Source of the DNA: Thalia democratica
Lineage: Eukaryota
Direction: 5' to 3'
DNA length: 64,000 nt
Assembly: GCA_965202585.1 (NCBI GenBank)
Contig: OZ241826.1
Location: forward strand, 87,730,001-87,794,000
Shown here: one piece after another, positions 37,501 to 49,137 of the stretch
Position numbering within the stretch: the stretch's first letter is position 1
Layout: every line of letters starts with the position of its first letter
Translations under genes and position numbers: made by a program
Notes under the pieces: generated by a model
Databases searched by the model: none
What the model saw: only the letters and a program-made list of their open reading frames with translations
What the model was told of the DNA's origin: nothing

Positions 37501-38403
37501 TCGGTCATGTTCTTGCCTTCACCTACTTTTCTGCACGTCCCCTTTTGGTCTATCAGCCCTCCAGCTATGAATTCTCCTATTGAACTCTTCGATTTATCAG
37601 GTTGACAAAACCTTTTATTTTATAAGACAGTGGTTGAGAAGTGTTTTTATTACAGTAATTTCAATGCACTATTCTTATTATATTATTCGTAGTTGATAAA
37701 AATATATATTATACAGACAATAAGGAACTTGAAGTTTTCAGCCAGAAGTATTTTCATGCTTGAGAAATATCATAAAACACCTTGTACAAAATTTTTGCTT
37801 CCATAAATAAAATTTTACATAAGCTGTCTTTTTAAAAATTAATTTATAATGTAAACTGTATTTAAGAAAATATTTTGTATGTGACAATTTTTACAAAAGT
37901 ATAGAGTTTGTTAGAACGATTATAAAAAACCTTCATGGGGGCAACTCTTGATTTTATTTAAATTTTCTATATTATTTTCAAAAATTAAGTTTTTATTTCA
38001 AAAAATCAAGGAATGTTTCCATGTAAGTTTATTTATTTAGTCGTATGTTAACTAACAAACTTAAAAATACATTCAAAAACAAAACTGCATTGAAGATAAA
38101 GTAAATCAAAGCTGTATCTAAAACACCAAGACAATAATTTTCAAAGTGTGTTTTAAAAAAAAAGATTACTTTTAAGCAAAAACTAATACAAAAGTAACGT
38201 AATATATACCACTTGACGAGAGTTTTGCTTTTAATGGCATCACTCTAATATACTAAACACTGCAACGTTGTCTCATCTCCCTCTAACACACTATGAGGTG
38301 TTCTTCTCTCCAGTTTACCATCTTTACTGTATAAAACCCACCAATCGCAGGTGCCGCAACACGCCAGCAAAAGCAGAATGAAAATTTTAAAGGTTTTTGA
38401 CAT
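34513..38403 (-). pseudogene. Ig-superfamily type I membrane receptor pseudogene (signal peptide, V-like Ig, I/C2-like Ig, TM, long Q/N/P tail)
   Basis: Exons 38210-38403, 37450-37611 and 36534 onward; both introns are GT-AG and phase 2. Motifs VLEGDETTLQC..VKW, YDLVVKNPHRSDGGIYTC, FTLQC..LEWFFNG..GEYYC; TM AVIGGFCGGSVLLTSLCACLY. Lesions: TAG at 38245-38247, a frameshift near 36465, TGA at 36289-36291, and further shifts in the tail. Confidence 0.85.
34660..35030 (-). repeat. 30-bp tandem repeat, ~12 units, encoding the decapeptide PQRHxNPNMV
   Basis: Unit atttgggtttacatgtctttgtggaaccat (plus strand). One unit is 29 bp and shifts the frame near 34785. Confidence 0.9.
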
Positions 38404-41400
38404 TTGTTTATTTAGTCTGTTGTTAAATGTGTTGTTAGGAACTTTACATGATAAAATAATGCTCTACACTAAATTTGATTACAGTGTAAAATAATATTTT
38501 TATTAAGATTCTCTTATTATATACATTGTCTGACTACATTCTAGTACTTCATACAACAAATATTGATCTTTTTTTATCTATATGTTATACTTAAAATAAA
38601 CTTGACATTTTAATAAAATTTGATTAAAAAAAAAGAATGTTATGAAAGATATGTTCTCAAGCAAAAAATTCAAGGCCTTTTATACATACTAACTTTTATT
38701 ATATGTTAGTAAATATTGATAAAAACTAAGTTGATTAGTAACTTTAATGTAATTTATGATAGTTTAAAATTCAACATTATTTTGTAATCACAAACATTTT
38801 TTAATGACTAAAAAACTATAACAAATTTAAATGTAAGAGTTTAAGTTTTTTTTTTGTAATTTAAATATAAAAACCATTAGATACACCATCCAATAAAACA
38901 ATAATTAAGCAATTATCTACAAGCACAAGGTTTAGTTTTGAAATTGTTTGAAGTTCTACAACCTAAAAACTTTTATTTAAGGTTTCTTAATAAATACTTC
39001 TTAAATTTAGATTATTACTAAAATGAAAGGTTTTACAATTTCCCTTTTAAAAACACCCACATGGCTAAAATTTCTAAAATATTTGCTCTAACAATATATT
39101 TCGCTTCTTTATTAGTAAGTTACCTAATTACTTCTTCGCACTTAAATTCTAATAACTCAAACCGCCTATATGAGGACAACATTCCTCCTTTTTTGGAAAC
39201 TATTTTCATATCCTAATAAAATCTTGTCACAGAATGTACTTAACATGATGTATATAATTAATAAACAAACTAAAACTTTGAGTAATTTTTTTTTACATTG
39301 TTTTTCTACGTTCCATGCTTCAATACCTTTTAATTACAGTTTTATGTCATTAACTAAGAAAAAGTACATACTCTTACAATTGATTTTTGTAAAAAGTTAT
39401 GAAAACAACAGTGCTTTATTTATGCTGCTACAATTTAAAATTTTACTTAATATTAAAATTAATTTTATAGAAAAAATTACAAGTAATATAATAAATGAAA
39501 TTTTAACTAAGATTAATGTTTTATATAATTATAAAAGTTGCCATAGGCTTTTAAAAAATAATCTTTACGTTTTTTGAGTTTCTCACAGGTTTTAATATTG
39601 TAAAAGTTTTTGTCCATTTATATTATAAAGCTAAACTTAAAGTAAAACAATTATGTTAAATAGTTATGAATATTAAAAATACATATACATGATATATTGT
39701 TCATATGTAATAAGAATTTAAGTATATTACATTGGTAATTGTTGGAAAATCCAGGGTTTATCATTATTTTTAGTGTTTCAAAACTTATTGTTTTTCCATT
39801 GTTTTATTTTAAGTTTATCAAATTTCAGGTTTAACAGCTACCCTGTAGTATAATTTTAGTAATTGTAAAATCCACATAGATTGAAAATAACAATATTAAT
39901 TCAAATTTGGAAATTACTTTTCTACAACACCTTCTGGTTTGAGGCTTATCTGAATGAAATGTATTAATTTTTTAAATGTAAGTCTAACTTTGACTTCTAA
40001 ATATAATAATAAAAACTTATCAAATTAAGTTTAAAATGTCTAAGTGATATTGAGTTTTTTAATTCATTAAAAAGTCTATAAAATAAGCTGGTTATTTAGT
40101 TTAAAAAAACAAGAAACTAACTTGGCTAAATCTCATTTAAAATCAAGATAAAAGTAGTCCTGATATTTACAAAGATCTTAAAATTTAACTGACTTGAGTC
40201 ATCCTTAATTTAAAAAAAAGTAGAAACTAGCTGGAGTTATCCTCGAGTATTCTGAGTGTGTGGCACTTTGTTATAACTAGCCTGGGTTTTTTGAAATAGT
40301 GAAAGTCAAAAACTTAGAGATTTATTGTAAACTTATTAAAAAAAATAATTTTATTAGTCATAATAATGAGAGAAAAATACCTTGGAAACTAGAATAAAAG
40401 ACAAAGTTTTTTGGAACAAACTTAAAAAAAACTATACTTTGTTTCGAAGATAGAATTAAAAGTTACTTATTGAATTACAAATAGGTTCTAAAAAAACAAA
40501 GTTTTTTTATTGATAACCTGAATTACCCAAATTATAAAAAAGGCATTATTTAGGTTTAAACTAATTATAATAGATTTTCAGGGTTGCCACTTATTGTTTA
40601 AAATAAAAAGTCCTAAGTGACCAAAGACTGCCCTGATAGACTTTTAACTGTCATGAGTCAAGCTAAATTTATATTCTAGTCCTTTAGATAAAACATTTGC
40701 CTCTGTGGTGTTCACCTTTTTAATCGTTCTTCTTAGTAATCTAAATAAAAATTATTTAATTTGAGATTAAGTTGTTGTTTTTTTTTGAATTTTTTAATGT
40801 GAGTAGTGATGTAGAGAAAAAGTGTTTTACTTTTTCATAAACATTAATAGTTAATAAGTATGTTGTTATGTTTTATTAATTCATTTTCAAAACTTTTTTT
40901 ATTAACTTTATGCATTTTTGATATTTTAAAAGATAGCTACACAAACTTATAAAATTTATTTTGTGTAACACAACTTATTCAACAACAATCAGGTTATTTT
41001 TTAATAAAACTTACTTAATATATAGTAATTTACACTTCAAGATGTTAAAGAACTACTCAACTAAGATATACTATATAATAAACTACTCAACTAAGATACA
41101 ATACTAAACAACATAAAACTAAATGTAAAACTTGTTACATATCAAACAGTAGTTGAGTTTTTTATAGCTAATAGCCCTCCTCACCTTAGTGAATAATTTA
41201 GAAACTAATGTAAACTTAGTTAAGTGTAGTTAATTACTGTACATATTTCTGTAAAACATTATTAAACAGATTAATAAAAAAAAACTTTTCAAATGGCTAC
41301 TATATTTTAACTATGAATATGTATAGTTTATTTATACAAAGAAAAATTTTTATTCAAAGTTTTGTGTTATTTTAGTCTTGCATTATTTAAAGCTTTAACT

Positions 41401-41849
41401 TATTCAGTGTTCACAAGTCGAGATTCGACAAATATCCAAAGTAAAGTAATATTTATAACAGTCATAAAAGATGAGTTTTTAGAATATTAATTCTGCTAAA
41501 ATAACTAAACACTTCATATTAAATACTTATCAAAAGGTTTTTTTTTAACTCAAAATGTTATGCTCCATCAAATGATTCAAGTCAAAAAAAAACTATTTTT
41601 ATGTTAAACGTTTCAATAACTATATACAGTGTAAAAATTTCTAAATTGAAAGAAAAAGTTTATCATTTTAAGTCTTTTAAAATATATAACAACTAAAAAA
41701 TGAAATAAAACGAAAAAAGTGGTATAAAATTTAATAAAAAAATTCAAACTTATTAAAAATACAATTCAGTATTACATGTTTAAAACTATTTCACTATTAT
41801 TAATGGTATTAATCTCTTAATTATTTATCTTTTATATTAAGCAATTTCT

Positions 41850-44800
41850 CGTTTTATATTTACTTTTCCTAAAATTTAAAAATTGCAATTTACAGTTTAA
41901 AAAAGTTAGTGCTCTTTAGCACTGACTACAAATAGTTTTTTTTTATTAATTAGCTTGATTGCAAGTATAAAAAAATGCTTTTTTTATTTTCTGAGCTAAG
42001 TCAGTTATATAAAAAGAAATATAGACATCTATTATTTACGTATTTATGGAGATACTTTAGGTTTAATATTAAAAATAGAAGTAAATGGTTTGCCATAACA
42101 TATGAATAAAGATTGTTGTTTTAGATTGATGAATTAAAAATGCCACAAATTTAATTTAGTCTTTGCTTAAAGTTTAGTTTTTAAATTTTATCTTAAACAT
42201 ATAACTAAGTTTTTTGCACCCTGTTTTAAAAACAAGTTAATACCTCAAGCAAGTTTATATATGTAATTATAATGTTTTTAATTATATTTTGTTCATTGGT
42301 ATTTAATATTTTGCTACCGTAATCAGTCCTGAAAATAACATGTATTTTATTCTTAAAAGAAGGTTTATTAGTACTTGGACCAATTACTAATAAAATATCA
42401 TCAAAAAAATAAAATTATTGAACTCAGGTATACACAGGAGCAAATTTTCATTAGTAAATTTGAAAACAGGTAAGATTTGAGTAAGTATACAATACTAGTA
42501 CAAATGAGTTTTGACTTATTCATTTATTTTTGTAAAACTAATGTTGTTTAAATCAATCTATTGAATAATTCATAATTTAGTTCAAATAATATTTTAGAAT
42601 AGTTTTATGTATATTTTAGAAAGTGCTACATTTATTCCAACTGTGATTTTTATAACAGTTAAGGGTTGCTAAAAAAACTGAGTTTGACAACTTATGTTAA
42701 AAAAACCTGGAATAGCCTGAAATTTTATATGTTTTGAAAAATATCAAATGTTGTATTAAATAAGTTAACAAATAGAATTTTAAAACAAAAATTAATAAAA
42801 ATCCTGGAATTTCAAACAAGGTTACAATTAAGTAGTAAATTTTTAATATTACCCAAAAATCTACCATATGTATAAATTTTTTTGTCATCATCAATTTTTT
42901 TATTAAGAAAATGTTTAGAATAGCTTGACAGTATATATTTAGTGTTGTTATAGTACTTTGCATAGTTATATGTACTTATAAAGACTGAAAAGAAATTAAA
43001 AAAAAGGCATTTCTTTGAGTTTAAAACAAAATAGATGTTGAATTTTAACTTATAATTTATAATTTGTTAACGTTACTGCTCTTTAGCGCCAACACTAAGT
43101 ACATTTTTATTAACTAGCTTGGTTGCAAGAATGATATCAAAAATACTACTTTATCTTCTTAAAAGTATGAAGTTAACTTAGTTTAAAAAAAAATCATATT
43201 AAAAATAATTCTTTAAGTATTAATGGAGCTACTTTAGAATTTGTAATAGATGTAGAAGTATATTGTTTGTCATAATTAAAAAAACAAAGATTTTTGTTTT
43301 AAATTGATAAATTAAAAATTTCACAAATTTATTTAAGTTTTTGCTTAAAATTTACTTTTTAAAAGTTTATAAATAAACTTATAACTAAGTTTTATATACT
43401 CTGTTTTATAAACAAGTTAATACCTCAAGTAAGTTTATATATGTAATTATAGTGTTTTTATCATGTTTTTTTTGTTTGGTATTTAAATATTTTGCTACCA
43501 TAATCAGTACTAAAAATAACATATAATTTGTTCTTAAAAGAACCCTTACTAATACTCGGACCAAGTACTAATAAAGTATCATCAAAAAACAGGATTAATA
43601 AACTCAGGTATACACAGGAACAAATTTCTTATTAGTAATTTGGAAAACAGGTAAGACTTAAGTAAGTATACAATACTAGTACAAAATAAGTTTTGAGTTC
43701 TTATTTAGTTTTGTAAAACTAATGTTGTCTAAAGCAAACTTTTGGATAATTTATTATAAGTTTAAACAAACTTTTGCATAATTTTAACTTTTATAATAAT
43801 TATTAGTTACTAAAAAAACTTAAACACTAGAAAAACCCTGGGTTTGACAATTTATGTTAAAAAAAGATGGAATTTGATAAATTTTGAAAAATAACAATTT
43901 TTTTATTAAATCAGTAAAAAGAAAAAGAAATTTTGAACAACAATTACTTAATAACCTGGAAATTTTAAACAGTTTTACATTTTAAGCAGTGAATTTTTAA
44001 TATTACACGAATCTACTAAATAGATACAACTTTTTGTCATCATCAAAGTTTTTTTTTATTATAAACATATCTAGAACAGCTAGACAGTATCTATTTAATG
44101 TTGTTATAGAACTTTGCACAGTTTTAAACCTTAAAATTAGCTTTAAGTTAAAAATAGTCCTTAAGTATGTACTTATAAAGACATTAAAGAAATTTCTCAA
44201 ATAAAAAAAAAGGCATTTCTGTTTGTGGGTGCACGACTATTCAGATTCGGATAATTCAAATTCAGACAACTTAAATTAGAAATTTTTTTGAAAAATGTTT
44301 CAGATTTTGCAAAAAAAAAGTTGTGGCTTGTAGATATTTATATGATTTACATATGTATATTTTATTTTCATCGTATTTATATTACTTATTGACATGTAAT
44401 TTTTTAAATATTTTATTCAAATTTGAATTGTCGGAATTTGAGTTGTCCGAGTTTGAAATGTCATGTAGACTGTTTGTTTAAAACAAACTAAGTTTTGCAT
44501 TTAAATTTTTGGTTTTTAATTAAATACCGTTACTGCTCTTTAGCGCCAACACTAGATTCTTTTTTATTAATTAGCTTGATTGCAAGAATGATCATCAAAA
44601 TAATATTTTATCTTCTAAAATGTTTGGAGTTAACTTAGCTTTAAAATAGGGAACTAGAAATTTATTAATTAAGTAATTATGGAACTACTTTAGGTTTAAT
44701 ATTAGTAGAAATGTATTGTTTGTCATGATGAACTATACAAAAAAAAATTTTTGACGGATAAAAAAATTTATATATTTTTGCTTAAAAGTTAAGTTTTTAA

Positions 44801-45250
44801 AAATAACAAAACAAACTAATAACTAAGTTTTATAATATACTAATAGTACAACCTATTATATCAGTTATAGTATCTATTTAATGTTCTTTTAAGAGCAACC
44901 TGCATGTTATTTTTAGTTCTGATTGTAGTATCAAAATATCGAATACCAAACAACAATATAAAATATTCCATTCCTGCATATTTAAAATTACTTAAGGTAT
45001 TTAACTACTGTTAAATTAGGTTGTACTATGTTTTGTTATAAAACTGAGTTATAAGTTAGTTTCTTTACTATGCGCAGTTTTTAACCTTAAAATTAGCATT
45101 AAACTAAAAATAGACCAAAAAATTGTATTTATGAAGACCTAGAACAATTTTTTCTAGACATTTTGGCATTCTTGTTAGTTTAAAACAAAATAGGTCATGA
45201 CTTTTTCATTAATTTTGAGTTTTGTTAATCCTTGTTAGTTCTTGTTTTAA
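41850..45250 (+). repeat. Degenerate tandem repeat, period ~1.18 kb, about 3 units
   Basis: Anchor gctctttagc...ttattaa(t/c)tagcttg(a/g)ttgcaag near 41910, 43078 and 44535; further anchors in units 1 and 2 are offset by about 1181 bp. Confidence 0.8.
44227..44469. mobile_element. Small MITE (~243 bp) with an 8-bp TSD
   Basis: CTGTTTGT at 44219-44226 and 44470-44477, long imperfect inverted subtermini (attcggataattcaaattcagacaa / ttgtcggaatttgagttgtccgag), and an empty site in the neighbouring repeat unit (~43010). Confidence 0.8.
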
Positions 45251-45602
45251 GTTACAGTTTTTAGATATTTTATAATTTTATTTTGATAAAACTTGAATAT
45301 ACATACTTTTTTTAAAGTTATTACACCCACTTACGTTTGACTCGTTACTTTAATTTAATTCAATTTGTTTAAAAATCAATACTAAATTTACTAAATAATA
45401 CACTAATAAACTTATTATTATTATTATTATAAACATTGATATACTGATTTTTTTTTATTATTTAATACGTCAAGCTCGAGTAATTACGTGCATCTTTCTC
45501 ATATAAATGTGTTGTTCATAACAAGCTTGTTATGCCCATCACTTACATTATATACAAAGTTACTTGAGCAAAAAGAATTAAGTTGAAATATACAAGCACC
45601 TA

Positions 45603-46017
45603 TCAGGATTGTAATAAAACCTAGAATACTTAAAAACCTGGAATTTGACAATTTATTTTAAAAAAGCCTGGAAAAACCAGGAATTTGAGAAACTTTTTAA
45701 AAATCTTAAATGTTAAGCAACAATCACTGAAATTAATTAAAAAACCTTGAAAATATTGAATTTTAAACAACTTTAAATAATCAATAAGTAAAATTTTAAT
45801 TTGTCATAGAAATTCTATAGTATAGATGTAATTTTATGTTGTTTTTAAATATTTTTTTTATAAAACTTATTTGAAGAAGCTTGAAGATACCTTTTCAATG
45901 TAATTTTAGTATCTAACACATTAATTTATATATGTAATATATAATATGTAATTTTAACAACCTACCATAAATTTTGCAAGCCTGGAGAAAATTTATCTAT
46001 AAAAATTGGTAGCCCTG
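45603..46017. mobile_element. CAGGGTT(G/A)C-terminus MITE family (related pieces at ~42660, ~43830, 49329-49709, ~63650)
   Basis: Shared internal aaaacctggaatttgacaattt motifs and ends caggattg/cagtgttgc ... ggtagccctg/ataaccctg. No TSD confirmed. Confidence 0.6.
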
Positions 46018-46675
46018 ACTTATTAATTACTAGTGTTCAGTAAGCTTTAAAATATAATTAGACCTGCAAACATGCACTTATAAAAACCTGAAAAAAATTT
46101 CTCAGAAAATTTAGCAGCTCTGTTAGTTTAAAACAAAATGAATGTAGTTTTTTTGTTTGATTTTGAGTTATGTTAATTCTTTTGTTGATACTTGTAATAA
46201 AATACAATTTCTTAGATAGTCTTTTATTTCATCTTGAAAACAATTTTAGGTATATATAAGTTTTATTATTTTAAATAGTTCTCGTATCCATTTAAATCTT
46301 GACTCATAAAATTAGTTTTATTCAATTTGCTTAAAAAAAAGTAATAAACTTACCCAATGATAAATTTTTAATCTTGGTTTTTTCTAACAAGTAACATATT
46401 AGTTTTTTATTTAGGTCTGGATTTCCAAAACTTTTTTTCAAAAGACCCCTCTAAAAAAGTTAAAAAGCTATGGCCTTCTCCAAATTTATTTCTCAAATAG
46501 CTATTATTAAAACCGCAAAATGACCTTTGTTGCCTTATTTTTGATCTTCATCATCAACTCCTAAATACCTAGTGTAAGTTTCTAAATAGTATATACATTT
46601 TATTATCTTATACGTTAACTAAAATACTTAAATTAGGAAATATATGAAACGTTTTCAGTTAATTTAGTACAATTT

Positions 46676-48115
46676 TTGAGCATAATGTTTTATTTACAGA
46701 TAGATACAAACAAAATAATGATATATGGAATGGAAGCATATTTTATAAAAATTACATTATTTTTCTTTTTTGTTTTCATTTGTTTTTTCCATACCATAAA
46801 AGAATACGTGTACAAACTTAACATTTCTTTTCGTCATGAAGTTATTATTGTAGTGATCATTCTTGTTCAATTTATATTTTGTGATATTACTTCCGCTAAG
46901 ACTGATGGTTACTACAGCTTAGAGTGGATAGACTTATGCGTTAAGATCATTTTCTATTTCACCCAGTGTACGGTCTTCTCAGCAATAGCTTGGTTATGGT
47001 ATAACCGTATAGGCGATTCTAAATTGACAGAATACATAAAAACAGCAACAGCTATAATGACATTTTTGACTTATGCAGTGTTTTGGTTCATAGGGTACTT
47101 AGATGGCTATGTAGGGTTGTATGAGCAAATTCTAAGTGGAATCCTTTACGTTGGACTGTTTATCAAAAAATTTTATGAAAGCTACGGAACTCTCAACAAT
47201 TTTTATTGTATAACAACTTACTGGTCGATTGACAAGAACATAAGCGAGGAAGTTATTTTTTTTGAAAGGGAGGTATTTTCAATTTGGTGTTTGGAGTATG
47301 ATCGTTCAAATAAAGACCTAAAAATAATGCATAGAGAATTGGTAGAAATGAAAGCAAAAGAAAAACGATTAAAAGACTCGAAAACGTGGAAAGGTTGGTT
47401 TAAGCTTACAAGTTCGCATGTAATTTATATTTATAATCTTGTTAAAGTAGCTACTGCATTCTACGGCTTCGCAAAAAATTTACGGTCAAATAAGGTAAAC
47501 ATGAATAACTTAGTTAGCAGTATAATTGGAAACAAATGTTTAAATTTTTTCATTACGTCATTCGGATACGAACCGCTTGACCATGAAAACTGGGCCCAGT
47601 CGTTATCATACTGGTGGAGCAAAGTTGGTCAAACGAACGCCGTAATCGGAAACGTGCCAGCCCATGCAAAGCTCTTTGAACTTCTGCAAACTATCTTTTC
47701 AGCGAGCCTGACTACACCGCTAACCCTTCTCTTCTCCGCTTTTTCTCTGTATGCAAATATTTTCACTCACACAAAGAGCATGCCGGTGGAGTTCCGGCCG
47801 CCAGCTTTAAAGTACGTCTTGGGAGGTCTGAACTACGGAGAATTTTACTGGTTTTCAGATAAATGTAATATAGTGTTTTTGATGATTGGTTTGGTCATAT
47901 ACTTCCTATTTTCTTATTCATTTCGCGTAAATTGCTTGAGCGACGTCAAGGGATTTTTCGGCCGTCTTTTTACGTGTTTTAAGATAGCTTTAGAAAATTT
48001 CGTTTATTTGCTGTTTAGAGTTGCTGAAAAAGTTAAAGTTTTGGTTCTTAAGTTAGCCATTATACTGAATCATGTGATGAACCGCCAACTTACTTTTATT
48101 CTCCCTTATTTTTAA
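46676..48115 (+). CDS. Intronless orphan multi-pass membrane protein, up to 479 aa (true start may be a downstream Met)
   Basis: A 1440-nt uninterrupted ORF in very AT-rich DNA, with about 8 hydrophobic segments in two clusters and AATAAA overlapping the stop. No family recognised. Confidence 0.7.
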   Translation: MSIMFYLQIDTNKIMIYGMEAYFIKITLFFFFVFICFFHTIKEYVYKLNISFRHEVIIVVIILVQFIFCDITSAKTDGYYSLEWIDLCVKIIFYFTQCTVFSAIAWLWYNRIGDSKLTEYIKTATAIMTFLTYAVFWFIGYLDGYVGLYEQILSGILYVGLFIKKFYESYGTLNNFYCITTYWSIDKNISEEVIFFEREVFSIWCLEYDRSNKDLKIMHRELVEMKAKEKRLKDSKTWKGWFKLTSSHVIYIYNLVKVATAFYGFAKNLRSNKVNMNNLVSSIIGNKCLNFFITSFGYEPLDHENWAQSLSYWWSKVGQTNAVIGNVPAHAKLFELLQTIFSASLTTPLTLLFSAFSLYANIFTHTKSMPVEFRPPALKYVLGGLNYGEFYWFSDKCNIVFLMIGLVIYFLFSYSFRVNCLSDVKGFFGRLFTCFKIALENFVYLLFRVAEKVKVLVLKLAIILNHVMNRQLTFILPYF

Positions 48116-49061
48116 TAAAAAAACGCCCAAAACAAAAAAAAAACTTTTAATAGTGATTTTACCATTAAAAAATTTTACTAGTTGTGTCGGTATTTATTAG
48201 AAGTCTTATACTTAAAAAATTTTAAGAACTCCTAATAAATAACTAGGTTTACAAACACATTGTCTTCGCTATTTTTGTAATGGTTTTATTGTTGAAAATG
48301 AACTCTTAAAAGATTGATGTTAAAAAGCAATTTGAAGAACAGAAAGAAAAGTATTATTATTATTTGTTTCGTCTATTTTTGGAAATTAAAAAAGAATAAA
48401 ACTATTTTGGAAGTTTTTAAATGAATACCTTGTAACAGTGGTTGTCAAAATGTGCACTAGTGCACATTAGTGTACATGAAATTGTCGTTGGGATGCGAGA
48501 ATATTTTATGATTTACAAACTAATTGTCGATGAAGAAAATTTTAGGGATCATATACAAAAATAAAAAAAATTTCTAAACTTCTTTTTTTTTTACAAATGA
48601 CATAGTTAAAAACTTAAGCTAAATTAAGCCGTGGTGTTTTACTTTTCTTTTTGATTTCTTTCTTTTGATCAGTTTACTTAACTGATCATTTTACTGTCTT
48701 TTCCAACGTCTTGGTCAAATAAAAGTAAAATCCCTTCTGAGGATAAACAACTGAACTGAAAAAACTATAAAAAGTTTTCAACTGCTACAACTAGGTCATT
48801 GGAAATGATGGATAATAAATAATAACCTTATGTTCATTGAGCCACAATCAAGATGCATTTTGAAGACCTCAAATGGGTATGTATCTAGTTTTTACTTATT
48901 TTGTGAGTTTTTATAATAATAGTCATATAGTAATTTATACATTATTTGTAAACAAGAAATTTTTTTGAACTTAAAATGCAGAAAATTGTTGTGATACGTA
49001 TGAATTTTTAACAAAAATTTAAGTATTTTTAAGAAATACATGCTAAATACTACATTTAAAG

Positions 49062-49137
49062 AGAAAAGAAGATAGCAGCAAAGTCTATTATTCTTCTGGA
49101 AGTCGAACCTTTGGATGATGAAACTGACGTGGTTGAG
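49062..49137 (+). pseudogene. Exon resembling the start of the EF-1beta/delta guanine-exchange domain
   Basis: EKKIAAKSIILLEVEPLDDETDVVE versus canonical [24 protein letters not shown]; donor GAG|GTATGA. Neighbouring candidate exons contain stops. Confidence 0.55.

Noticed and set aside
39170-39577. 135-aa ORF and other short F/L/I/K-rich ORFs (7498, 11835, 14612, 21623, 37111, 54381)
   Set aside because: They have the composition expected by chance in AT-rich DNA. 39530-39590 also recurs inverted at the window's right end, so it is a dispersed repeat.
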